A stretch of 64,000 bases of DNA from Azolla caroliniana (lineage: Eukaryota > Plantae > Polypodiophyta), in contig JBHGNT010000005.1 in NCBI GenBank assembly GCA_043228905.1, positions 14,756,001 to 14,820,000 of the forward strand. The letters are read 5' to 3'. Both the position numbers and the translations under genes were made by a program. Every line of letters starts with the position of its first letter. The first letter of the stretch is position 1. Shown here piece after piece: positions 1-10,700 of this stretch. Below the pieces are notes generated by a model. That model saw only the letters and a list, made by a program, of their open reading frames with translations, ran no database searches and was not told where the DNA came from.

Positions 1-324
1 TCATTCTCCAAAACTCTTCGGAGAGTCGCAGAAGAAGCACTGCAGTTCCGGGTTCTGCAAATCCCCGACAAAGGCAGTAGCATAACAAGCCTGCAAGAGG
101 CGGAAACGATACTGCAGACGCTCGCCGGGGGCAACGGGGACTCGGAAGCATTCGCAACACTTGAGGCGGAGTCGGAAAGCGACGGAAGCGTTGCGTCCCG
201 GTATAAAAGCAGCCACGACACACCAAACGATCGGGAGGACGAGGGGTCGGAAGACTCAGTAACACCGGCGCCAGAGGAAGAAATAACCCTGCAATTCGGT
301 GACCGGCAATCGCCGAGGGAGGCT

Positions 325-445
325 GACCGGATACCGACAACAACCGCGAAGGAACCGAAGGAGCGGATACTGACAACACCCGCGGAGGAACCAAAGGACC
401 GGACACCGGCAACACCCGCGGAGGAACCAAAGGTTCTCACACCAA
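325..445 (+). repeat. 36-bp degenerate tandem repeat in the gag N-terminal region
   Basis: About 3 copies of ggatacygacaacacccgcggaggaaccaaaggasc. Confidence 0.7.
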
Positions 446-486
446 CGCCAGCAGCGGACAGAGAGCGGAGGAAACAGGAGAGTCAG

Positions 487-1464
487 TTGGACGACACGAT
501 GCCGTACCCATACCCAAAGTACCGGGATGAGGCCGACGCGGAGGCACACGTGTACGCATTCCTCCAAACATGGGAAGCCAACCATGTCTCCCAAAGACTG
601 ACGGAGCCCGAAGCCGAACGATCCAAAGTCGCCGAATTCGGCATAACCTTAGAAGGACCGGCGGCCCGATGGCACGCAAAGCACTTACCGGGCAGCTTTG
701 CCACATTCGATGCCTTGAAGGCCAGATTCCTCAGGCTTTTTCACAGACAATTTGAGCAAAGGGAATTGGTCGGGCAGTTCTACACCACCCGGCAGGAAGT
801 GAACGAGACTGTGCCACAATTCATCATTCGGTTTCAGACCCTGCACAGCCAACTGACAAGAGCACCACCCGAAGACGAAGCCAAAGCAGTCTTTTTGGCC
901 GCACTGAAAGAGCCACTTCGAACAATGTGCGGAGTCCTTGATTTCCAAACCAGCACAATGGACCAAGTTATTGATCGGGTTTTAGAAATGGACAAGACTA
1001 GCCCCTTCTTGTCGATGGGGATGTTACACCGGGCACTCCCAAAGGAGGAAGACCTGAGGTTCCGACAGGCCTTACACTGTACAACATGCCTAAATTCGGG
1101 GCACTCAACAGTAGACTGCACCCTGCGGACACAATGTATGATCTGCAACTCTCGAGCCCATACAACGGACCGATGCGAATATAACCTGTTAAATCGGCAG
1201 GCAGCACCGGTTCGACACATAGAACCGCGCAATCAGAACCCGGACGAGGATCGATTCCGGAGAGACGACCGCTACCAACGCGAACGCGGTAACAGATACG
1301 CTGATAGAAGACGCGACAACTATGACCGAGAGGAGAGACGCAGAGATAGCTACCCCCGGGACCGGTACGACCGAGACGAATCCCCGGAATACGACCGACG
1401 CAGAGAAGAGAGGCGACAAGGGAACCGAAATTTCCGACGGAATCAGAAGCGTGGATTTTTCTGA
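487..1464 (+). CDS. gag of element A (partial; ends at an in-frame TGA)
   Basis: Retrotransposon gag-like core and CCHC knuckles; the same frame resumes after the TGA at 1462-1464. Confidence 0.8.
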   Translation: MDDTMPYPYPKYRDEADAEAHVYAFLQTWEANHVSQRLTEPEAERSKVAEFGITLEGPAARWHAKHLPGSFATFDALKARFLRLFHRQFEQRELVGQFYTTRQEVNETVPQFIIRFQTLHSQLTRAPPEDEAKAVFLAALKEPLRTMCGVLDFQTSTMDQVIDRVLEMDKTSPFLSMGMLHRALPKEEDLRFRQALHCTTCLNSGHSTVDCTLRTQCMICNSRAHTTDRCEYNLLNRQAAPVRHIEPRNQNPDEDRFRRDDRYQRERGNRYADRRRDNYDREERRRDSYPRDRYDRDESPEYDRRREERRQGNRNFRRNQKRGFF

Positions 1465-3370
1465 AGAGAGGAACGTCGGGGGGCAGCGAGGTATGACAAC
1501 CCGGTATCGGTACCGGATAACCGAAAAACCGAAGACGACCGCCGGAGCATACCCACCCTCCAAACCGGGGACAAAGGAGAAACGAGCAACAGTCACAAGG
1601 TGTACTGTTATTACTGCCGTAAGGAAGGCCACTATAGTAACCAATGCCCAAGCAAAACCAATGACAAGCAGCCGGAAGTCAACATGGTTACAACCGAAAT
1701 AACAGAAGTACAGCAGGTCACAACCCGATCAAAGGGAAAGACCGCCGAGTGGGAAGCCCAGGAGGCAATCAGAAAACAAGCGGCACAATGGATCAAGGAG
1801 GCCAATGAACAGAATGCGGCAGAAGTAAGAGACCAAAATATGCCAAAAGACGAAGAAATCATACAGCCAGGAGAAAACCCGACGTGGCAAGCGCTACAGG
1901 ACTGTCAAATCGTACTGCCGTTAGCACGACTACTACAGTTAGTGCCACGGTTTACGGCAGACCTACAGGCATCCGTCATCAAACTGAAGCCGACGCCAGC
2001 ACCGGCATTCTTCTCCAACCCGGAGGAAGGACCATCGGTGGTCGATACAAGTAGCCCGGCGATCACGACAATCGTGAAAGGAAAGGAAATTGCTGGAACG
2101 ATTATTGACGGAGGCTCCGGGGTAAATGTCATCAGCCAACAGACATGCAACGACCTGGGCATCCGGGGATGGGAACCATGCCCCTTCTGGTTACGCATGG
2201 CAGATACCAGCTCAGTCCGACCGACCGGGCTTATCCGGGATTTGGAAGTAACGATCGGAGGCCACGTATTCCGGATATCGGCCGTGGTGCTGCAGCTGAA
2301 TGTACAAGGCGCGTACCCCCTACTGCTAGGACGACCATGGCTGCGAACGACGCATATCAAGCAGAGCTGGCAAAAGAACATGATCACATTCCGGCGAGGG
2401 AAAACAAAGGTACGAGTAACGACACAACCACGGGTGATCACCAGTAAGGAAGCAACTCCATTGTATGCGGAAAGCATTAACATGTTGGAGGGATTACCGG
2501 ACGAGGAAGTCGAGCGGTACCTCGAGGAACACCCACGAATCGTCCCACTATTTGAGGTGGATATCACGGCGGCAGTAGAACCGTACATTACGATGCCGGA
2601 TGAACCGGACCAAGCGGCGATCCGGGAACTGCGACAAGCGCAGGAATCCCTAGAGAGGGAAATGACGATATCCCAGAGGGTAAAAGCATCCCAACTCGAG
2701 GAGGTGGACCTCGGCACAGCAGACAAGCCCCGACCGGTAAATGTTGCAAAGGAATTGCCGAAGGAAGAAAAGAAGGCAATGGTAGCATTATTAACAGACT
2801 TCAAGGATGTGTTCGCGTGGTCATACGAAGACATGCGAGGGCTGGACCCCCAGCTCTATCAGCACCAAATTCACCTAAGTACGGACGCGAAACCGATCGC
2901 TCAACGCAGGTACCGGATGAATCCGATTTATGCGGCAAAGGTGAAGGAGGAAATTGATAAGCTCCTCCGGGTCGGATTTATCCGACCGGTCAAGCAGGCA
3001 ACCTGGCTGAGTCCGATAGTGGTGGTCCCGAAAAAGAACGGCAAAATCCGGGTATGCGTGGACTACCGAAAACTAAATGCCGCAACAGTGACCGATGCGT
3101 TTCCACTACCATTTACGGACGGGGTGTTAGATGCGGTAGCCGGCCACGAAGTTTACAGCTTCCTGGATGGATTTAGCGGCTACAACCAAATACGAATGAA
3201 CCCGGCCGACCAGGAGAAGACAGCATTCGTGACGGAATGGGGAGTGTTCGTCGCGGTCCTGATGATGTTCGGACTAAAGACGGCTCCAGCAACCTTTCAA
3301 AGGATAATAATGGAAATTTTCGGGGAATATATCCCCGGTTTTATGCAGGTCTTCCTTGACGATTTCGCGG
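1465..3370 (+). pseudogene. gag end / protease / partial RT of element A
   Basis: Same frame as the 487 ORF; the 1600..3561 ORF is pol up to FLDDFAV and unrelated sequence after it. Confidence 0.85.
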
Positions 3371-3499
3371 TTGCGGCGATCATGGCGGCGGCAACGATAG
3401 CAGCAGCGACAGTGGCAATGATAGCGGCGTCGATGGCGGCAACAATTGCGACATTGATCTCTTCATCAAGAAGGGAGGGAGGAACCATGCAGTTGATCC

Positions 3500-3880
3500 T
3501 TCGTTTACCAAGAGTCTTCCATAGCTTAATGGATCCATCTCCAGAAGCAGGCACGAGCTGATGATTATCAGCAGAGAATGCAACATTGAGCATGTCTTTG
3601 GAATGTCCCACAAAACGTCAAGTGGTGGCTCCTGATTTTAGATCCCAGAGATGAAGCTGTCCATCCCGGCGTCCAGAGAGAGCGAGTTGCCCATTTGAGG
3701 AAATGACGACATCCTAGACAAAATGTCCATGGCTAGTAAGACGCCGAAGGTCTCGTCTCAGGTCAAGGACTAGACAACCAAAGACTTGTCTCTGAAAGCC
3801 GAGACACTCATATCAGTGTCGAGGATAGGGCAGACGCATGAGGACCTGAGTGTTGCTCTCAGAGTTAGAGTTTCCGCCAT
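3500..3880 (-). pseudogene. RACK1: RACK1 (WD40) 5' fragment, decayed, inside family-X internal region
   Basis: Minus-strand translation from ATG at 3880: MAETLTLRATL...SAFRDKSLVV*...[76 protein letters not shown], matching the plant RACK1 N-terminal WD repeats; several stops and deletions. Confidence 0.9.
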
Positions 3881-3942
3881 AACTACTGATCAAAGCTATG
3901 CGAGGACCCAAAAATAATGGAGAAGAGGCAAGCAGGGAGGCA

Positions 3943-4049
3943 AAACGTGACAGGCAAGGAGCATCGAGTTCAGTGCATGACGAAGAAACGTGACAGGCAA
4001 GGAGCATCGAGTTCAGTGCATGATGAAGAAACGTGACAGGCAAGGAGCA
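3943..4049. repeat. 43-bp tandem repeat, ~2.5 copies
   Basis: Unit aaacgtgacaggcaaggagcatcgagttcagtgcatgaygaag starts at 3943, 3986 and 4029. Confidence 0.9.
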
Positions 4050-4433
4050 AGCTGTGGGGAGGGCGGGTGTCACCACAGAGGGAGCAGGAGGCAGCGTGCT
4101 GAGCAAACCTCTTGGCGATGGGATAACCCGCCATGGTAGAAGAGAATGGTAGAAACGGTAAGAAGAAGGAGAGCTCTTCTGCTCGCTTATGGAGCATCTT
4201 TATCTTCTTTTCGTTGTGAACTTTACGCGACCTCCTGGGATGGATTAGAGCCACTAACACTCAATTGTAGGCTATGGATCTCTTATCTTTCTAGTCCACT
4301 TCGCCATAGCTATGCTCTGCATCACTCTCTAACATAGAGACAAATAGACACATCTTGAGCAGGAGAGAGAGAGAGAGAGAGAGATTAGTGAGGGAAAGGG
4401 AGAGTGAGGAGAGACTTCCTCTCAAGGGGGTCA

Positions 4434-4450
4434 TCCCACTAGGCGTGCCA
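4434..4450 (-). promoter_or_regulatory. PBS of family X, complementary to the tRNA-Arg(UCU) 3' end
   Basis: Minus strand TGGCACGCCTAGTGGGA, 4 nt after the LTR end CAACA; differs from the recalled Arg(UCU) PBS TGGCACGCCCGGTGGGA only at a CG site. Confidence 0.8.
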
Positions 4451-4454
4451 AAAG

Positions 4455-4799
4455 TGTTGATGGGTGGGGGGTGAAACCTAGAATGGCTTCACCCCCCTCC
4501 CAAGGGGGTTACGTTAGAGAGAAAGAGAGAAGTAAAGAAAATAGAGAATGACACAAAATGAGAGGGGGAAAATTGTATATCTCATTACATACCCCATAAG
4601 GGGTTTATATAATACATCCAATGTAACGGTTACATGACCGTTATAAATAAGACCGTTACACATTCTTGTACACATGCACATAATTGTGCATGTGTCCATA
4701 CACATACTCATCCTCAAACACTCATTTACTTTACACATACACATCAACCACATCATTACACATACCCTTATACCTCCCCGTATATTCTTACGGGTAACA
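4455..4799 (-). mobile_element. Family X 5' LTR (345 bp)
   Basis: TGTTAC...CAACA termini on minus strand, TATATAAA followed by a pyrimidine-rich tract; near-identical reverse complement of 7371-7715. Confidence 0.92.
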
Positions 4800-6135
4800 A
4801 TAGTGCACTCTGGGCCTACCGAACGGCATATAAGACAAGTATCCGCACAACACTGTTTCGCCTAGCATTCGGATTGGAAGCAGTGATGCCGGTAGAGTTC
4901 CAGGTACCGAGTTTACGAATACAGATTCGGGAACACCTAAATGAGAAGGAATCGGAAGCTATCCGGTTAGCTGCGCTGTGCGAATTGGAAGAACACCGGC
5001 TAGCTAGCATCATGCACCTAGAACTAGAGCAGCGGCGAAGGAAGGTGTTCTTGGATCGTCACCGGAAAGGGAACGAAAAGATGTTCGGAATCGGTAAGCT
5101 GGTACTCGTGTTCCAGACCCGGATGGGTAAGATGCCGGGAAACCCACGGTTTCGGTGGACCGGACCATTCTGGATTATGCGTGAGTTCAACGGTTCCTAC
5201 CAATTAGGGACACTCGCCGGCGAGGTTCTAGGTAAATGGGTCGATGGGTTCCGACTCAAACCATACAATGGACCCATGCCAAGAAACCCATTTGAACAAG
5301 TAAAGGCCGACACAAAACACCGGTAAATCGGAAGAGACAGCCACACATTCAGCAATCGGCAAGCGTGAAGCCGGTAAGAGGGAGCACGAGCCGGAAAACG
5401 ACAACAACGACGCAATGACAAGCAGTCCAGCGGCCGGCAAGGACCACAATCCGGTTAGGGGTCCAGTGGGACCGCATGCGAATTAACAAAACCATTTTTA
5501 TCAGAAAAAATATATAAATAAATAAAAATCAAATCAAATCAAATCAAATCAAAGTAAATCATGCAAGGGCGAGGGGTGAACGGACACATGCAAGAACAAG
5601 GAGTGAACAGGCACTTTGAAAAGGTAGGTAGTGGGCTATTAATAGGATATTAAACCGCCGCCACATGGCATGACATTCTATATTAGTACACGACGTGCAC
5701 ACACGCGGGTAAGGAAAAACAGGTGCCAACATGCAACAAGAAAACCCCCGCCACATAGAAACCCTCACATTTCGCGAACAGAGGAGCACAAACGCAGACA
5801 GGTGATTGAAGATCAGCAGACGCGAGCCCACGCACACAGAGACTCCTCACACACAACCCTCACCAGCGCTCCCCAACCTCGACGAAGACATGGACTGCCA
5901 AGCACTCTCTGAAGCAGCCAAGAAGTGGCTAAGGCAACATGGGTTAGAGGGTTTCCTCACAATCATGGAGGCGCCACCGCACCAGGAGGCGGAGAAGATA
6001 GTCAAAGAAATCGACGCGGAGCTGATCACGGAGGAGGCCATCCATGCGTTGATTGGCCTTCCGGAGGGGGGAATCTTCACCATCGGCCATTGCCATGGCA
6101 TAGAAGTAGGAGGGTATTCGAATGGGACACAATAG
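4800..6135 (+). mobile_element. 3' part of a gypsy element (integrase C-terminus plus downstream extra ORF), inferred to be the inverted missing half of element A2
   Basis: SALWAYRTAYKTS...RFRWTGPF...NPF (GPY/F integrase tail, stop at 5326) continues exactly where the minus-strand integrase breaks at 7716 (DWDTKLHS); extra ORF remnant 5806-6135. Confidence 0.85.
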
Positions 6136-6471
6136 CAAGATGCATGAAACACTGAAGATGGTCCATCACCACAACGTATAATAGGGGTAGAGGAGCCAAT
6201 TAGGTCCTCATGAATGCCGCAGGCCGAAGAAACAACAACACCTATGATCTGTGTCCTCTGCATGAGCTGCCTCCTAGCTGCCATGATCATGGTGTGAGGA
6301 AGAGTATATGATGAGATGTGTTGGTCTGTAACAGTGAGGGCCTGATTCTAATTCTAATTCATGTGAGAAGCATCTAGCATATGCATTCAGATTCCAGCCA
6401 CGCCAAACCATGTCCTGCCTTGCCCCTACATGCTGGGTGGAATAAACCCTCTCCAAGCCAATAACCACTCC

Positions 6472-6711
6472 TACAATCGTAAGAGGAAGTCTCTTAGCCT
6501 TCTGTGTGAGAATTTCCTACACTTAGACACCAATGAACAGGTCGAATCCATCACTTAGGATGATGCGGCTAATTGTCTAAGACTACAATGGAGGAGATTG
6601 TGTGATATTAGGATTGTCCTAGAAAGTGTTCGGGTTCTTATTCGTGAAGTAAAGAACAACTAGAAGTGGCATGGATTCAACACAAATCATGAGGCTTTAG
6701 AAGAGATGAAG
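6472..6711 (+). pseudogene. Atypical E2F (DEL/E2FE-like) DNA-binding-domain fragment, decayed
   Basis: Translation YNRKRKSLSLLCENFLHLDTNEQVESIT*DDAANCLRLQWRRLCDIRIVLESVRVLIREVKNN*KWHGF matches the DEL/E2F7-8 DBD pattern (RKxKSLGLLC..., LDDAA, RRIYDIVNVLESVG, KNxYxWxGF); two stops. Confidence 0.88.
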
Positions 6712-7351
6712 AATAATATTGGGTTCAATGGAACCATTCTTGCAACCTTTAGGGCACGGAAGCCATGGATGTTAAGGAAAACAAGAGAATTGGAGAATGA
6801 AGATGGAGACTATTGAGGCCCAGCATGGGAAAATAGTTGTAGTGCAAGGAAAAGGATTCAAGAAAGAGAAGAGGGACATATGGAAAATTACAATAACTCG
6901 AGGGCACGCACATGAATTTTGAAAGCTCGAGGGTAGAAGACAAAATTCAAAAGCTCAAGGGCATGACATGAGATTTCAAAATTTGGAGGGCAAAATGCAG
7001 AATTTCAAAAACACAAGGGCTAAAAATAAAATTTCAAAAAATTTGAGGGTAAAAAGTTTTAAAGACCAAAGAGTAAAAAATATAAAACTCACTTCACATG
7101 ATGAAAGAAAGAATACACAAATGCACAACACGATTTAACGACCCATGCCACATTGTACTAGTCGATTGGTGTATGATCCAATCGCGACTTGTGCTGACCG
7201 AACGAGAAGGTTCGAGTCAAGCAAAGCTCCGATCAAAGTTATCGATCGTAGAGCAGTGATCCGGTCGAGGGATTTCCGACTATTAAGACGACCGATGGAG
7301 TTCCGGTCGAGAAGAGTTGTCATGGCGAGTGGGTTCACCGTGCAATGCACT

Positions 7352-7368
7352 GTCCCACAAGCGTGCCA
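7352..7368 (+). other. Sense copy of the tRNA-Arg(UCU) 3' end at the position normally held by the PPT
   Basis: GTCCCACAAGCGTGCCA, then TG, then LTR start TGTTAC; no purine tract upstream of this LTR. Confidence 0.75.
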
Positions 7369-7370
7369 TG

Positions 7371-7715
7371 TGTTACCTGTAAGAATATACGGGGAGGTAT
7401 AAGGGTATGTGTAATGATGTGGTTGATGTGTATGTGTAAAGTAAATGGGTAATTGAGGATGAGTATGTGTGTGGACACATGCACAATTATGTGCATGTGT
7501 ACAAGAATGTGTAATGGTCTTATTTATAATGGTCATGTAACCGTTACATTAGATGTATTATATAAACCCCTTATGGGGTATGTAATGAGATATACAATTT
7601 TCCCCCTCTCATTTTGTGTCATTCTCTATTTTCTTTACTTCGCTCTTTCTCTCTAACGTAACCCCCTTGGGAGGGGGGTGAAGCCACTCTAGGTTTCACC
7701 CCCCATCCATCAACA
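7371..7715 (+). mobile_element. Family X 3' LTR (345 bp)
   Basis: TGTTAC...CAACA; right flank ACTGT matches the flank of the 4455-4799 copy (ACTAT in element orientation), consistent with a 5-bp TSD carrying one transition. Confidence 0.92.
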
Positions 7716-10700
7716 ACTGTGCAGCTTTGTATCCCAATCCGTCCGATTCTCATTGACGATTTTTCGCAGGATGTTCTGTAGTGTTTTATTTGTTGACTCT
7801 GCTAATCCGTTGGCTTGCGGATAATAGGGAGTGCTCCGTTTGTGCACCACTGCATAAAATGTCGTTAAACTTTCCACTACTTGCCCTAAGAAGTGCCCAC
7901 CTTGGTCACTTATGAGCTCTATCAGACATCCATACTGGCACCAGATGCATTCATATAAAAAATTTGTCGTGGATGCCGCGGTGTTGTCGCGTAGTGCTTT
8001 CACTTCCACCCATTTCATGCAGTAATCCGTAGCAACAATCACGTACCGGTTGCCGGTTCTCATTGCCAGTGGTTTGAATGGACCGACAAAATCCAGGCCC
8101 CATTTTTGAAATGGTTCTAACGGTAGCACGGGCTGGTGAGGCATTCTGGCTTGTTCGGTTGGTTGGCCCATTCGTTGACATAGGTCGCATTCTTTAGCGT
8201 ACCGGACTGCATCCTTCAATGTTGTCGGCCACCATAGTCCACTCTGCCATATTTTCCTTGCCGTAACGTCTCCGGCATAATGCCCTCCAGCCACGCCGCA
8301 GTGTGCTTCGCGTAATATTATTTCCTTTTCATCGCTGCGCACTGCATGCCGCCATATGCCATCTGCGCCTTTGTGGTACAGTGTGTCCTGTAATAGGTAG
8401 AAGTGTCCTGTAATAGGTAGAAGCCACTTTTCTTCCTCTGCGACTATACTATCCGATGTCGTTTCTGCTCTCACTCTAAACAGCTCTGCATCCGGAAAGT
8501 CGTCTGGGACGCCGTCACCGGTTTCGCCAGAATCTAACTGGCTTAAATAGTCTGCTACCGCATGTTTTATATCGGGTCGGTGGAATATCTCGAACTCGAA
8601 TTGTTGTAATAGTAACGTCCACCGGGCCAGCTTACCGGTGAGTGATGCTTTGGACACCAAGTAGAGGAGCACCGAATGATCTACGTGAAAGGAAAATTTC
8701 CTTCCCAACAGATAGTGTCTAAACTTGGTGACATTGTAGATCATACCCAAAGCCTCCCTTTCCGTCGTGGAATAATTACGTTCTGCTTGGGAAAGCTTCC
8801 GGCTGGCATAATAGACTGGCCGATACCATTTCAGTTCTGTAAGTTGCATCAACGCGCTTCCGATTGCGATGTCGGACGCGTCAACGAACACATGGAACTC
8901 TTTATACCAATCCGGAGGTTGCACCACCGGCGCTTGTGACAACAGTACTTTTAGTGCCCGGTAAACCCGGTCTTCTGTGTCCGTCCATCGGAACGGTGTT
9001 CGATGTACCGCGACATGCAGTGGTGTAGCCAGGTCTGCCAGATACCAGAGCATTCGGCTATGCCACCAAATTTATCCTAAGAACCGGCTTAGTGCCTTTG
9101 TCGTGGTTGGTGCCGGTGCCTCCAGGATTGCTTTTACTTTGTCCAGATCCACTGCGATACCGTCCTTGCTCACTATGTGCCCCAGTAATGCTCCGCTGGT
9201 TACTCCGAACACGCATTTTGCCGGGTTCAGGCTTAGTCGGTAACCCCTACATTTCTCCAGACATAGTCGGAGGTGCTGAAGGTGATCCCCTTTCTGGCTA
9301 CAAACAGCGAAGTCGTCCAAGAACACCTGCATGAATGCCGTAATGAATTCTCCGAAAATCTCCATGACGATCCGCTGGAAGGTTGCCAACGCCATTTTTA
9401 GTCCGAACATCATCACTACGGCAACAAAGACTCCCCATTCGGTGACAAAAGCGGTTTTCTCCTGGTCGGCGGGGTGCATCCGGATTTGATTATAGCCGCT
9501 GAAACCGTCCAGAAAACTGTAGACCTCATGACCGGCGACTACATCCAGGACTCCGTCTGTGAATGGAAGCGGGAAGGCGTCCGTTACCGTAGCCGCATTC
9601 AATTTCCGGTAGTCGACGCACACTCTTATCTTACCGTTCTTTTTGGGTACTACGACTATCGGGTTGAGCCATGTGGCTTTCTTTACCGGTCGGATGAAGC
9701 CCAATCTTAGCAACTTGTCGATTTCTTCTTTCACTTTTGTTGCGTAATTCGGGTTCATCCGGTAACGTCGTTGCTCTACCGGTTTGGCGTCTTTACTCAG
9801 ATGTATCTGGTGTTGATACAACTGAGGATCGAGTCCCCGCATGTCCTCGTAGGACCAGGCAAACACATCGCGAAATTCTTTTAGGAGTGTGATCATTGCC
9901 GTTTTGTTCTTCGGGGTCATTTACTTGGCGATGTGCACCGGTCTTGTGTCCTCTGTGGTACCTAGGTTTACCTCTTCTAGCTGGGATGCTTTCACGCGCT
10001 GCGAGACTGCCATTTCTTTCTCCAGTGCCTCCTGTGCTTGCCATAATTCCCGGATTGCTTCTTTATCTGGTTCCTCGTCGGTCTCGTTCGGTTGTAGTAT
10101 GTACGGTGATACTGCTTCGGCTACATCAATCTCGAACAGAGGTACGATCTTCGGATTTTCCTGTAAGTATTGATCGACCTCTTCGTCCACCAATCCTTCT
10201 AGCATGTTGACACATTCCGCATATAGCGGCGTTGACTCCTTGCCGGTACCGGATCGTGGTTGAGTCGGTACTCGTACTTTCGCTTTTCCATGCCGGAACG
10301 TAATTATATTCTTCCTCTAGTTTTTCTTGATGTGTGTTGTTTTTAACCAAGGGCGTCCCAACAATAGTGGGTAAGCTCCTTGAGCCTGTAGCTGGAGAAC
10401 TACTGCAGAAATGCGAAATGTGTGACAACCGATGGTCACTTCCAGATCACGTATTAATCCGGACGGCTGTACTGAGCTTGTGTCCGCCATCCGAAGCCAA
10501 AACGGGCATGGTTCCTAGTCATGGATCCCTAGAGTGTTTCACGTTCGGAGGCTGATCACGTTCACGCCCGATCCTCCATCGATACTCGTGCCCGGTAGCT
10601 CGTTTCCCTTCACGATGGTTGTGATTGCCGAATTGCTCGTGTTCACCACTGCTAGTCCTTCCTCCGGATTTGAAAAGAATGTCGGAGCCGGTGGTGTGTT

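Larger units (their letters stand above)
1..3370 (+). mobile_element. Ty3/gypsy element A (non-chromovirus, Athila/Tat-like RT), 5' end outside window, truncated within RT
   Basis: Gag with zinc knuckles (CTTCLNSGHSTVDC, CYYCRKEGHYSNQC), protease (IIDGGSGVN, LLLGRPWL), RT motifs ([40 protein letters not shown]); homology stops abruptly after FLDDFAV at ~3370. Confidence 0.93.

Noticed and set aside
1462-1464. Programmed stop-codon read-through between gag and pol in element A
   Set aside because: TGA in an Arg-rich tract is most simply a CGA deamination; no read-through context was recognised and relatives here are too decayed to confirm
1905-2834. Long antisense ORFs over gag-pol (also 11884-12705)
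   Set aside because: Shadow ORFs of GC-rich retroelement coding sequence with no recognisable domains
3371-3561. Ala-rich C-terminal tail of the 653-aa ORF as a novel RT fusion domain
   Set aside because: It is read-through across a rearrangement breakpoint into low-complexity sequence and the antisense strand of the RACK1 fragment
3943-4049. CRISPR-like array (also the 54-, 21- and 10-bp repeats)
   Set aside because: Head-to-tail repeats without unique spacers, no cas genes, eukaryotic context
6880-7090. A-rich ~30-bp degenerate repeats as a MITE terminus
   Set aside because: No partner inverted end or TSD was found; left unassigned within the family X internal region
4455-7715. DNA transposon with 345-bp terminal inverted repeats (Pack-MULE or foldback)
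   Set aside because: The repeats have LTR termini and a PBS, occur as a solo LTR with 5-bp TSD at 34518, and the matching TSD halves are not on the outer sides of the inverted pair
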